Shown here: one piece after another, positions 35,794 through 45,291 of the stretch
How the letters are laid out: each line of letters opens with the position of its first letter
Position numbering within the stretch: the stretch's first letter is position 1
IMG/VR virus record: IMGVR_UViG_3300027864_000205
Coordinates: 1 to 64,000 of that record
Direction: 5' to 3' (one strand)
Origin: a virus
Lineage: Duplodnaviria; Caudoviricetes
Length of the DNA: 64,000 nt
The notes under the pieces: generated by a model
Seen by the model: the letters and a program-made list of their open reading frames with translations, nothing else
Database searches by the model: none
Told to the model about the DNA's origin: nothing
Translations under genes and position numbers: made by a program

Positions 35794-37162
35794 TTCGACG
35801 CACCTCCCATCTTGAAACAATGAGAGCTATTGCGGCACTAAGCAACACAGTTGTCAGGCTTCCTATCGTTCGAAACATCGCTACCCCCGCAATATTACCG
35901 TATGCAAATATTGGAAGTCCGACAACAAGAGAAGTTAGTATGCCATAAAACATACCTTTACCTGTAAGTTTCTTACCTAAAAGTGTCAGTATCGTTGGCA
36001 GTAGTGTAGATGCCCTCTGTGTGCCATAGAGCAAAAACAGGTACGTGATGGTTATGCCCGGGATATTCGCAATTATTATCGCGAGTATCAGGGTGGCCGC
36101 CATAACAAACTTTGATTTTTTCGCTTTGTCATAATCGGTCGTGAATGATGCTGCTGCAACTAAACTGCTATCCACTGTCGAGAGCAGTCCCGAAATGACC
36201 ATAAACATGAATGGCGCGAGTGTCCAAGCCGGGAATCTGTATATTATGAATTCGAGGTTTACCACTCCTGTATCGGACGGGGTGAAGCCTGAACCTGCCG
36301 CAACAAATCCGAGTATAGCCATGCAGATAGGCACAACTGCGAATAGAAATGCTCCTATCCTGAACGATGCACCCACTTTATCGGACTTAATGGAAAATGC
36401 TCTTTGCCAAAAGCTCTGATCTCCAAATGGACCTGATAAAAGCCCTATAGTCGATGGCAAGCCAAAGCCAAGGAAGAGTGCGAGCCCAGCCTCGCTGATA
36501 AGACTGCTGTACTGCCCGGACACTGATGATAAGCCTCCGACAAAATCACTCATTCCCGTGCCGCTGGTCAGAGTAGTTACTGCAAATGCAACACTGGTTA
36601 CAATCATTATAACCATCTGTACCGCGCCAGTTGTCATTGAAGCCTTTATCCCTGAGAATTGCGAGTACGAAAATGCAATAACAGCCAATATGATTGTCAA
36701 TAGCCAAAAGGGAAGCCCTGTTGTCACCTCTAACATACGCCCGCCGGCGAGCAACTGTACGGCTGCTGCAAACATCGAAAGCATGGAGAGTTGGACTTGA
36801 TATATCCCCCGGACTTTTGGGGAGTCATACTTCTCGCCCATGAATGCAGAAAGCGTGATGCCGTTCGGCATCTGAGCGCGTATCCGCTTTGCATAAAACG
36901 AGAAAAGGATTAAGCATGCCACATTAGGCACAAGAAACCAGAAAACGCCCGGCCAGCCCGTGAGGAAAGCCCTCTCTGCCGACACGAAAAGAGCAGGAGC
37001 CCATATCCATGTACACCCTATACAGAGCGAAGCCTTGACTAGACCCATTTTCCTGTTACCAACATGAAAACTCTCATCGCCACAGTCCGTCTTTTTAGTA
37101 AAGCCTATCGTGACAATGAGCATTAGTGCTGTGTAAACTAATAATATTATGATTCCGTTCAT
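35783..37162 (-). CDS. Sodium:solute symporter (SSS) family transporter
   Basis: About 13 hydrophobic segments; FHVGNRK, GDQSFWQRAFS and GLLSTVDS motifs; AAGGAGG SD. Confidence 0.9.
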   Translation of the reverse strand: MNGIIILLVYTALMLIVTIGFTKKTDCGDESFHVGNRKMGLVKASLCIGCTWIWAPALFVSAERAFLTGWPGVFWFLVPNVACLILFSFYAKRIRAQMPNGITLSAFMGEKYDSPKVRGIYQVQLSMLSMFAAAVQLLAGGRMLEVTTGLPFWLLTIILAVIAFSYSQFSGIKASMTTGAVQMVIMIVTSVAFAVTTLTSGTGMSDFVGGLSSVSGQYSSLISEAGLALFLGFGLPSTIGLLSGPFGDQSFWQRAFSIKSDKVGASFRIGAFLFAVVPICMAILGFVAAGSGFTPSDTGVVNLEFIIYRFPAWTLAPFMFMVISGLLSTVDSSLVAAASFTTDYDKAKKSKFVMAATLILAIIIANIPGITITYLFLLYGTQRASTLLPTILTLLGKKLTGKGMFYGILTSLVVGLPIFAYGNIAGVAMFRTIGSLTTVLLSAAIALIVSRWEVRRSAG

Positions 37163-37235
37163 TTATCGGAATCCTCCTTTTTTAGAATGTTGTTCCTCAA
37201 TAGCCCGTCATTGGCGACATACCGGGTTTTCGAGG

Positions 37236-37268
37236 TTACGCTACATCAAGGAGCAGATACAGCGTCAT
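37236..37268 (-). CDS. Possible 10-aa leader micro-ORF (MTLYLLLDVA)
   Basis: AAGGAGG SD 5 nt before ATG, in the late-operon leader. Confidence 0.3.
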   Translation of the reverse strand: MTLYLLLDVA

Positions 37269-37290
37269 TCTCGCCTCCTTCCAACATAAA

Positions 37291-37418
37291 ATGCACCACC
37301 CCTCGGCGAAAGGGGTGGCATGGCGATACAAGTTTTACCTGCGGAGGGTTCTCCACGCATTAAGAATATCATATCTCGTTCGCTTCGTATTGTGTCACTT
37401 TGGCGCATCTTGGCGCAT
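37291..37418 (-). promoter_or_regulatory. Putative late promoter region
   Basis: Direct repeat ttggcgcat at 37400-37408 and 37410-37418 in the 3' end of the regulator gene; TGaTATTCT extended -10; hairpin at about 37291-37320. Confidence 0.5.
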
Positions 37419-37814
37419 ATTTCCGAAAAATGTTTTTATTTTCCTATCAATCTGGCTTTTTGAATACCCAATAATCTTTGCAGTTGCCTCAACTGTGTGC
37501 AACTCAATGTACCGGCGTGTGAGTATTTGTCTCATTATGCTATCGTCAACACCTTCTATGAACCTCTCCACTTCCGTACACTCGTCTTCATATCTCTTAG
37601 CTCGCGCTCTGAGCCGGGGTCCTGCCTTTTTGACGTATCCCTTGATAGCAACCACATGCTTGGAGTATGGCGGCTCGTTTGACGATGCGAGTACAGTATC
37701 TGTTATTTCACATGCATCTTCGCTTGCTATCTGCTCTTCGAGCATAATTATTTCACTACGGATATTTCCGTAGTTTTCAATTCTACGCCGAGTCATTGGT
37801 ATAGCATTTTTCAT
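37395..37814 (-). CDS. RinA/ArpU-like late transcriptional regulator
   Basis: VERFIEGVDDSIMRQILTRRYIELHTVEATAKIIGYSKSQI C-terminal HTH; last early gene. Confidence 0.8.
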   Translation of the reverse strand: MKNAIPMTRRRIENYGNIRSEIIMLEEQIASEDACEITDTVLASSNEPPYSKHVVAIKGYVKKAGPRLRARAKRYEDECTEVERFIEGVDDSIMRQILTRRYIELHTVEATAKIIGYSKSQIDRKIKTFFGNMRQDAPK

Positions 37815-37900
37815 ATTGACAAACCGCCTCCCATATGTTAGAATCAGTCTTGTTCAGGGGCTGTCTTCCGTCAGGAAGGCGGCTTTTCTTTATGTTGCTT

Positions 37901-38224
37901 TTACCAGTTGCCGAGAACATACCTATTTATCCTTTTTCTGTAATCCTCATTGCTTTCTCCGTGAGCCTGATGGAATTTGCGTATGGTTTGTGCGCTCCTA
38001 GTATATACTTCGTCAAAATTTTCGACTACTCTCACCTCGAAGTTATTTAGCTTCTTCGATAACCGCATGATGCTCCTTCTTTTTCTTTGCATGACCCGAA
38101 GCCATTTCCATCTTTCGCGTAGCGACATTCTTATGCTTAAAAGCTCCCTGATGAACCGGATAGTTATTTTGTGAGATTCAATATACAGCTTTATGAGTTC
38201 GGTAACTTTTTGTATGCTCTTCAT
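37901..38224 (-). CDS. Hypothetical protein
   Basis: ATGA overlap with the upstream gene. Confidence 0.6.
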   Translation of the reverse strand: MKSIQKVTELIKLYIESHKITIRFIRELLSIRMSLRERWKWLRVMQRKRRSIMRLSKKLNNFEVRVVENFDEVYTRSAQTIRKFHQAHGESNEDYRKRINRYVLGNW

Positions 38225-38985
38225 GCTCCGGTACCTCCTGTAACTTGTCTGCAATTTACCTGTAACTTGCCTGTAACTTGCATATCTGTCTGATGTTTCA
38301 ATTCTTCGTCTGTCTGTTCGAGTATCTCGCGCACCATCACCAGTACGGATTCTTTAACACGGACACTATCGTTATCGCAAAATATTGCCACCGTTTGAGA
38401 TACCTTTCGGAATGTATTGTTGATGAGTTGACATCTGGTCTGCGTTTTATCAATCTCGCCGAACACCATTTCAGGCATTTCCTTTTTCAGCACTGCAACG
38501 CTCTCAGGCGGTGTTGCATCTGGCATATGCGCGGGTTTGCTTTTTTCCTCTACTTTTTTATCTCGGCCGAGCTTTGCATATAAACCGTTTTTGAATTGCT
38601 TCATTGTTATCCCGTACTCGTTAGCAAGCGACTCCATGCTTTCGCCCGAGCCAAGTCTTACCATTACTCGCTCCCAATTCACTCTTTTCTCTGGTTTACC
38701 CGACACCTTGCTTGCGGGTGTGCCACTCTGCGCCTGTAGTTGTTCTGTTCCTGTAGTTGTTCTCATATTCTGCTCACTCCTATACCTTAATGCGGATTCC
38801 TCAGAAACGAATATCGCCGTTCGTCTCTTTGCTTTTAGTGCGTCCTTGTCTGTGGTGTAGTGCGTACACTCAGAAACCGGCATGCCGCGCCCACATCCTC
38901 TATGTAGCCTATAGTCGCACGACCTTGTGCTTTTTGAGAAGTATGCACAGTCTATACGTTTGCATACTTGAAATTTGTCAGCCAT
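38221..38985 (-). CDS. Hypothetical protein with a Cys-rich N-terminus and central HTH-like segment
   Basis: CKRIDCAY...CDY...C; ESMESLANEYGIT. Confidence 0.7.
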   Translation of the reverse strand: MADKFQVCKRIDCAYFSKSTRSCDYRLHRGCGRGMPVSECTHYTTDKDALKAKRRTAIFVSEESALRYRSEQNMRTTTGTEQLQAQSGTPASKVSGKPEKRVNWERVMVRLGSGESMESLANEYGITMKQFKNGLYAKLGRDKKVEEKSKPAHMPDATPPESVAVLKKEMPEMVFGEIDKTQTRCQLINNTFRKVSQTVAIFCDNDSVRVKESVLVMVREILEQTDEELKHQTDMQVTGKLQVNCRQVTGGTGA

Positions 38986-38998
38986 GCCGCAACTCTCC

Positions 38999-39832
38999 TT
39001 ATAGCTCTGCGAATTTTAGTTGTTGTGATGCCTCGTAGTTGCACCAAAGTGTCTCTGTTCTTTCGGTTGCAGATTCGGTATGGCAAGTGGTTTCATACCG
39101 ATGCCAGTCGGCAAGAGTGTCCTCGTAAAGCGGACTTTTGTATGCCGAGAGCAGTACAGGCCCGCAATGTTCCATCAGGAGTGCTAACAGTTTTCTATGT
39201 TGCTCGTTTGTGAACTCATGTTTGTATATTCTCCCGTTACGTGTTTCCATCAAATATGGTGGATCTGCGTATATCACACAGTTATGTTGATTGTGCCGTC
39301 GTATAATCTCAAAGGCATCAATATTATCTATTTGCACTATGTTATTAGGGGAGGCGTGTTTAAGCCTTTGGCATATAGCTAGTATGTTACTAGGGATATT
39401 TGTGCAGAATCTGGCAACATTTCCATTTGCAGCCTTTATATTTTTACGCCAACCTGTCTTAGTGGAGGATTTTGCACCGATTGCTTGCCACATACGCACT
39501 ATAAACCGTCGCGCACGCTCAACATCATCTATTTCCCCGCTATCAGAATACGATTCCGCATATTCTTCTCTCGCCCATGGCGTAAGGTACACGGCTCTCG
39601 CCAATTCTTCCGGATAATCTCTTGCCATCCTGAAAAGATTTACAACATCGCTGTCGAGGTCGTTAATTGTTTCCACTTTCGACCGCTCTTTTGTGAAGAA
39701 CACTGCGCCAGACCCAAAAAACGGTTCAAGGTATGTCATGCGCTCGTAACCAGCAGGGAAATGCTCTACTATCCACGGAGCAATAGTCCATTTACTGCCC
39801 GGATATTTGAGAATGTTCTTGTTTGGTCTCAT
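38999..39832 (-). CDS. DNA adenine methyltransferase (Dam/D12 class)
   Basis: LKYPGSKW, YLEPFFGSGAV, INDLD, YADPPY. Confidence 0.93.
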   Translation of the reverse strand: MRPNKNILKYPGSKWTIAPWIVEHFPAGYERMTYLEPFFGSGAVFFTKERSKVETINDLDSDVVNLFRMARDYPEELARAVYLTPWAREEYAESYSDSGEIDDVERARRFIVRMWQAIGAKSSTKTGWRKNIKAANGNVARFCTNIPSNILAICQRLKHASPNNIVQIDNIDAFEIIRRHNQHNCVIYADPPYLMETRNGRIYKHEFTNEQHRKLLALLMEHCGPVLLSAYKSPLYEDTLADWHRYETTCHTESATERTETLWCNYEASQQLKFAEL

Positions 39833-41570
39833 TTGCCCTCACTTTCAGGCTATCGACAATCTTTTTCATGTGTACGGTAGCTACTGCCTGCGCAATCGCC
39901 TTGTCTGCCTCAGTTTCGCCCTTGTCACCCATGATTCCGTTGAACTGTTCTATCTTTTGACCGAGAAACTCCTGTATGACTTCATCGGTGCCTTCCTCTG
40001 CCACAAGATAGTAGCAAAGCACGCTATCTGTTTGCCCGATACGGTGAGCCCTGTCCTCAGCCTGAGTATGTATTGCCGGCGACCAATCGAGTTCCCCAAA
40101 CACAACACAGGTTGCCCTTTGGAGATTTAGACCGGAGGATGCTCGAAGGCTTATCATGCATAAGTTTGTATCTCCGTTCATAAAGGCGTTGACCGATTCC
40201 TCTTTTTCTTTTGAACTTTGCCGACCTGTTATCATCACCGGACTGTGTGATTCAAGCACTTCTGCATACTCATCAAATACTTTGTGGTGGTACGCAAATA
40301 CCAAGACAGCTTCTCCTGCTTCAAGTAACATTTTGAGAAATGTCGCCACATATGGAGCTTTTGCAATGCCTATTGCCTGACGGCTTTCGCGCACAATTTC
40401 CCTTGTCATACGCCCACGTTCAAAATAATCCTCGACACTGCCTATCCGGCCCGCCATAGAGACTGCGTTGTGTATGAGTTCAGAATACATGCCACTGTCA
40501 AAATCAACTGTCTGGATAACTCTGCGTTTAGGCGGCAATTCTTTGAGAACTTCATCTTTCGTTCTTCGGAGCATGAGCCCTTCTCGCCTCAGATAATCTC
40601 CCAAGAGGTCAGGATCTCTCACGATGTCGTTGCCGTATCCATAGCACCACTCTCTTGTAAAACTCTCCCAGTCACCCAAACAATGATACTCAATGATGTT
40701 CATAACTGCCCACATTTCGCCGCCTCGGTTATGTATCGGTGTGCCCGATAACCCTATAACATCGGGAACACTAGAGGCCAACAAGGATGCTGAACTGTAC
40801 TTTTCTGTGCCTGTATGCCTTAACTCCTGTATCTCATCAAATATAACGGCTTTGAAGTCATAGTCCTGTAATGCTGTCTTCCACCCCCGGAGAAGGAGAT
40901 AATGCACAATGTATATGTTCGCAGGTGGCAATTCATATGGGGTAAGCCCCTTCAGTACATGCACCGTTTCAGGTTTATCAAACATACTTAACTGGTCACC
41001 AGCTCCGGGAAGTTTTAGAAAACGCTTTATTTGCGGTACCCAGTTTGTTGTGATTAAATGCGGTTGTACCACAATGACCGCAGGGTACGCATTTTTCGCA
41101 GCGAGGAAAGCGAGTGCTTGAATAGTTTTTCCTAACCCCATTCCATCAGCAAGCAGTGCGCGTTCTGTTCCGAGCAAGTACGAAAGCCCCTCTTTTTGAA
41201 ATTCCCTTAGTTTTCCGATAAATTCAGGTGGTGCTTCTGCTTTGTTCGGCCGTTCATTGAATTCACGTATACGTACTGCATGATCGACCGCTTCCTGATA
41301 ACTTTTTCCCCACGCCTCTTTGTCAATTATTTCGAGAGGGTAGCGTAGCATAAGCCAATTAAGATTTTCGGCATTTCTTTTGGTTGCCGGGAATTTGCAA
41401 TGGCGGCTACCCCTGCCGACAGAGCCCGGAAATATACGCTTAACTACCTGCACCATCCCGGGTTCTCCCGCAACTATCCATTGAGTAATCCTTCCATTCA
41501 CGATGATAGGTTCAAGGGTGCCGTATGTTTCTTTGCTTTCCGGCAATTTTTGCAGATACGCGGGAATCAT
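39792..41570 (-). CDS. SNF2-family helicase/ATPase
   Basis: LLADGMGLGKT, IFDEIQ, LSGTP, QAEDRAHRIGQ. Confidence 0.93.
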   Translation of the reverse strand: MIPAYLQKLPESKETYGTLEPIIVNGRITQWIVAGEPGMVQVVKRIFPGSVGRGSRHCKFPATKRNAENLNWLMLRYPLEIIDKEAWGKSYQEAVDHAVRIREFNERPNKAEAPPEFIGKLREFQKEGLSYLLGTERALLADGMGLGKTIQALAFLAAKNAYPAVIVVQPHLITTNWVPQIKRFLKLPGAGDQLSMFDKPETVHVLKGLTPYELPPANIYIVHYLLLRGWKTALQDYDFKAVIFDEIQELRHTGTEKYSSASLLASSVPDVIGLSGTPIHNRGGEMWAVMNIIEYHCLGDWESFTREWCYGYGNDIVRDPDLLGDYLRREGLMLRRTKDEVLKELPPKRRVIQTVDFDSGMYSELIHNAVSMAGRIGSVEDYFERGRMTREIVRESRQAIGIAKAPYVATFLKMLLEAGEAVLVFAYHHKVFDEYAEVLESHSPVMITGRQSSKEKEESVNAFMNGDTNLCMISLRASSGLNLQRATCVVFGELDWSPAIHTQAEDRAHRIGQTDSVLCYYLVAEEGTDEVIQEFLGQKIEQFNGIMGDKGETEADKAIAQAVATVHMKKIVDSLKVRANETKQEHSQISGQ

Positions 41571-42043
41571 AAGGCAATCCCCCATTGCTTCTGCAAGCCT
41601 ATTACAACACACGGCTTGCCGTTACTGGTTTCAGGTATTGGATTTCTCAGGCTTGAAGCCACGGCTATCACCACCGCTTCCACTATGTCAAACTCAGCAT
41701 AGCGGCTCACCTGCGCTTCAAGTCTCGCCCAGTTAGGCTTGCCTTTCTTGACCTCAACCACTACTGCCGATGTTACTGCCAGTTCGCCACTTACCCAGCA
41801 AAGGAAGTCCGCTCGGCATCCGCGACCTAGCTTATACTCTCTTATGTGCTGAATGCCATGCTCGGCTAATATCTCAGAGATTTTATTTTGCAAAGCAGAC
41901 TCGGCAATGGTAACGCCTACCCGAAGGGTCTTTAGTGCCTTTTCAATTTTGTCAACAGTCTCATTCATGTCCATACTACTCCATTCGTAAATTTTGCAAA
42001 GTAACTCTGTATCGCCATAACTTTGATTGTCCTGTGCGCTCAT
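41567..42043 (-). CDS. PD-(D/E)XK-like nuclease
   Basis: ESALQNKI...REY...RADF...VEVK pattern. Confidence 0.65.
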   Translation of the reverse strand: MSAQDNQSYGDTELLCKIYEWSSMDMNETVDKIEKALKTLRVGVTIAESALQNKISEILAEHGIQHIREYKLGRGCRADFLCWVSGELAVTSAVVVEVKKGKPNWARLEAQVSRYAEFDIVEAVVIAVASSLRNPIPETSNGKPCVVIGLQKQWGIAL

Positions 42044-42119
42044 TCAGCAGCCTGCGCAAAGCGTATTTTGTACATCCCTCTCGTGACGCGGGCAATATAT
42101 AGGCTAAAAGCAAGGCTTG

Positions 42120-42509
42120 TTAATTGCTTTTCAGGGGCAGTTCACCGATACTTTTTATTCCGACCATGTATGACGGTGGCAGGGGGATTTTGTCTTTATC
42201 TTTTTGTGGCCGCCATAAGTGCAGACAATAGGGGTGGTTGTTAACATACTCAGACTCAGGTGGGTGAATCTGAATTACTGTCTCTTGCGGATTGAAGAAT
42301 AGAGTCTTTATCTGTTGCATTTCGTTCCAACGTGGGCACCGTTCTGTTGTGCTTACCGAAACATGGTCCCAATCCCCCTCGTATGTAGCGAGAACCGTGA
42401 ACTTCAAATTGCTTCCTTCGAGGTTTAGCAAAAAGGCACCTGCTTTTTTGTCTCCCATCCATCCCATGTAAGGTGTTCTGAATTCGTCAAGGTGGCTTAA
42501 ATCTCTCAT
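42120..42509 (-). CDS. Conserved phage protein (HVSVS...HPYCLHLW family)
   Basis: WDHVSVS...PRWNEMQQIKTLFF...YVNNHPYCLHLWRP. Confidence 0.8.
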   Translation of the reverse strand: MRDLSHLDEFRTPYMGWMGDKKAGAFLLNLEGSNLKFTVLATYEGDWDHVSVSTTERCPRWNEMQQIKTLFFNPQETVIQIHPPESEYVNNHPYCLHLWRPQKDKDKIPLPPSYMVGIKSIGELPLKSN

Positions 42510-43057
42510 TACGTTTCTCTCCATTCAATGTCTTCAAGGAAGTGCAGTACACCATTGTTGCACGGTACTTCAAATTTTGATAAGTCGGTCGGCTTGATGT
42601 GGCGTCGCCCGAAGATCTCCCCCATTTTTACCCATACTCGCCAAGGTATTCTATAATAACCGATGCGGTCAAACCCTATGAGTACGAAACACGCAGCACC
42701 CATTTTGGCATACTCCGTTATACGCTCGGACTGTTCTGTAGTTACCCTGCTTTGTGGGAGCTTTTCACTAGCGGAGAACTTCGCCTCGAATACCACAGCT
42801 CTGCCGGAACGTAATGCGCCTTTATAGTCGGGCTGTGCTTTCTTTTCAAAACAGGCAATAAATTTGCCGTTGTTGAGGTTCTTTATCGGTCTTAGTGGCT
42901 CGGGAGTCTTTTCAATGACCGCAATGCCTGATTTTTCGTAGTATGCACAGGCCTCATCAATAAGTGTTTCAAAATATTTACCCATGGCTTTGTTCAAAGT
43001 TCCCTGATATTGTCGCTTTGGGTCTTTTAGGGCTTGACAATTTCCGGTTCTGTCCAT
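42509..43057 (-). CDS. recU: RecU-like Holliday junction resolvase
   Basis: GKYFE, IEKTPEP, AQPDYKG, VFEAK. Confidence 0.85.
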   Translation of the reverse strand: MDRTGNCQALKDPKRQYQGTLNKAMGKYFETLIDEACAYYEKSGIAVIEKTPEPLRPIKNLNNGKFIACFEKKAQPDYKGALRSGRAVVFEAKFSASEKLPQSRVTTEQSERITEYAKMGAACFVLIGFDRIGYYRIPWRVWVKMGEIFGRRHIKPTDLSKFEVPCNNGVLHFLEDIEWRET

Positions 43058-43335
43058 CACGGCTTGCCTCCATTCCACTGTCTATGGTTCAGCCCTATTT
43101 CTAAAGCATTTCTTATGATATCGTTAGATATTCCGTTCCTTGACATACTCGCTATCACCTGAGATAGCATAAACACAGCCGCCGCAGGATTTAGAACTTT
43201 ATAGATAATTTGCACTTTACCTGTTTCATGGTCCATGCTTGTAAAAATTTCTGCACTTTTGCCGTCCAGCATTTTTATTATGGCCTTATTTACTTGTTCC
43301 TGAGTGAGTTCGTCAGTTAGGTCTTTATTGCCCAT
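43057..43335 (-). CDS. Hypothetical protein
   Basis: ORF coupled with neighbours; GGAGG SD. Confidence 0.6.
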   Translation of the reverse strand: MGNKDLTDELTQEQVNKAIIKMLDGKSAEIFTSMDHETGKVQIIYKVLNPAAAVFMLSQVIASMSRNGISNDIIRNALEIGLNHRQWNGGKP

Positions 43336-43594
43336 TATACAATCCTCCAATTTTTTCAAGGCGGGGTTTGATTTTCTTCCAAAGCTTGGGGTGCGCAATA
43401 ATTGCATTGTCTGTTATCATAAACTTGTCGGAGGGAACGTCAACAATCCCATATCTTTTCCTCCATTTTTTGTTTATGCGTTTCTTTTTGTGTGTCCGCC
43501 TTTGCGTTGTGCCCTCGGTGATGTGTTCACTGAGAATAATATCCCTGCCGAAAAATACCGCATGTTTCATTAAGTCCACACTCCTAAAATCCAT
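43325..43594 (-). CDS. Hypothetical protein
   Basis: RTHKKKRINKKWRKRYG motif resembles phage hypothetical proteins. Confidence 0.65.
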   Translation of the reverse strand: MDFRSVDLMKHAVFFGRDIILSEHITEGTTQRRTHKKKRINKKWRKRYGIVDVPSDKFMITDNAIIAHPKLWKKIKPRLEKIGGLYNGQ

Positions 43595-44726
43595 CTAACA
43601 TTACCTGAACAGGTTCTGGGTCTTTGACTTTTAGCATCCTCGAGAACTCAAGTGCATCAATTTCTTTTGCGGTCAAGTGCTTGCCCGCACGGATTCTCCA
43701 TATTTTGTCAAGTTCATCATAACCGACCGCGATTATCTTCTTTTCTATTTTTCGCTTATTCGCCGCCTTCCGCGCTTCCTTTCGCTGGCGCTTTTGCTCT
43801 GCAAGGGCTTTTTTGCTCACGGATTCGTGTTTCACCTCTATGCCGGCAGCGACATCAGCAAGGTCTTGCATTAAATCCCTGCTTGGTCGTGACTCCACTC
43901 GAACATTAACAATCTCCCTAGTGCAACCTGCAATACGATAGCGCAGTCTTCCGTAAGCCGCCGCATAATCAGCTTTGTAACTTTCGAGCCCATGTTCGAC
44001 AAATGCTTCACATATCGTAATTGATGTCTGCTTGTCGAATACTTTAACGCCTTTTGTTATGGAAACACACTCTTTTTCAGGAAATAGACCCTCGGCTGGG
44101 TTGTGGGAAGTAAATTTAATGTCATAATAAACATTTGCTTTTTTGGGCGACAGTGGCATTTGCAGGAAGTGGCAATATGGTATGCAGTGGTTAAAGTTGT
44201 CTCTACCGCATTGGAGAGGGTCGTAGAACATTTTCCACTCTTTAGTGTGTCTATTATATACACTCCTGCGACGGCAAGCCCTCGTTCCCATAGTTTCGTT
44301 AAATAACTCGAAGCGACTATCAGAATCTTTCCAGACTTCATCATGCGCTTCATCGACGCTGTTTTCGTAGCTGTAAGTCTTGTTTGTGCGTTTGCATGAG
44401 CAATGGGCTATTTTATCTTTTCCTAAGAAAAAGTTGCGTAGAGCCGGATGGTTGAGTTCGCAGGGTATGCCATCAAACTTTGGGCAGGGAGTTGTTGCAT
44501 TATCATTTTCAGCAGTCCAGGTTACTCCTCCATAACTCATTGTACCGGTAGCTGCTAAGCCTTTTGCAAGCAGTCCGCACGGGGTTTCCCATACCATGTC
44601 AAGTTTTGTTTTGCAGGTGTATTGCCAACCACCATAAAAATCGTTCCACTCTGTTACCCAGTCGGGAGGGTTTTCTTTTGTATATCCTTCATCAAGCAGT
44701 TGCAGTGTAAGTTTGTTTATTTCCAT
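43584..44726 (-). CDS. Cys-rich hypothetical protein
   Basis: 380-aa ORF in operon orientation. Confidence 0.75.
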   Translation of the reverse strand: MEINKLTLQLLDEGYTKENPPDWVTEWNDFYGGWQYTCKTKLDMVWETPCGLLAKGLAATGTMSYGGVTWTAENDNATTPCPKFDGIPCELNHPALRNFFLGKDKIAHCSCKRTNKTYSYENSVDEAHDEVWKDSDSRFELFNETMGTRACRRRSVYNRHTKEWKMFYDPLQCGRDNFNHCIPYCHFLQMPLSPKKANVYYDIKFTSHNPAEGLFPEKECVSITKGVKVFDKQTSITICEAFVEHGLESYKADYAAAYGRLRYRIAGCTREIVNVRVESRPSRDLMQDLADVAAGIEVKHESVSKKALAEQKRQRKEARKAANKRKIEKKIIAVGYDELDKIWRIRAGKHLTAKEIDALEFSRMLKVKDPEPVQVMLDGF

Positions 44727-44727
44727 A

Positions 44728-44937
44728 TCAGATACCTATACATGGCCTTATTCCGAGATAAGATTCAAGCGATGCCCGGAGATGCGCCGGAGATGCGATA
44801 TCATATTCCTTACACAAGCAAGACTCGCATACTTGGAACTTTTTATATCCGAGCGCCTTTGATGCTCTCACATCCCAACTGCTCATTTGACTTTGGCACT
44901 TAGGGCAGTTCGTCTCTAACCATTTAAGTTTACCCAT
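44728..44937 (-). CDS. Small zinc-finger-like protein
   Basis: CPKC...CESC. Confidence 0.7.
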   Translation of the reverse strand: MGKLKWLETNCPKCQSQMSSWDVRASKALGYKKFQVCESCLCKEYDIASPAHLRASLESYLGIRPCIGI

Positions 44938-45235
44938 TGTTGGCAGCCTCTAGTTTTTCAATTAAATCCTCTACCCAACGTATTTCCATATGGAGGTCGT
45001 TGACATTGCCTGCAATCCCCGCCAACTGACTTTGGTAATTCGAGATATTGCCATTTCGGGCACGGTAGAGATACGCCACAACTGAATCATTGTCATATTC
45101 TCGTATTTCAACAAAGTCTCCACATTCACAGTGTTTAGCATTAAAGTTCTCCACTGCCTCTGCTAAGTCCTTGCTCTCATCAACCTCTTCCACTTTTTTG
45201 ATATGTTCGTCTTTGTAATATACAGCCAATCTCAT
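44930..45235 (-). CDS. Hypothetical protein
   Basis: AAAGGAG SD; overlaps the next gene. Confidence 0.65.
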   Translation of the reverse strand: MRLAVYYKDEHIKKVEEVDESKDLAEAVENFNAKHCECGDFVEIREYDNDSVVAYLYRARNGNISNYQSQLAGIAGNVNDLHMEIRWVEDLIEKLEAANNG

Positions 45236-45291
45236 AAGTTGAACTCCTTTAATTTGTAGTGCTTCACTTCGCATTCACTCTGTCAAATCAA

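Noticed and set aside
37170-37390. Known riboswitch upstream of the symporter
   Set aside because: I could not recognise the conserved core of any riboswitch class; only generic hairpins (an Rfam/Infernal scan would settle it)
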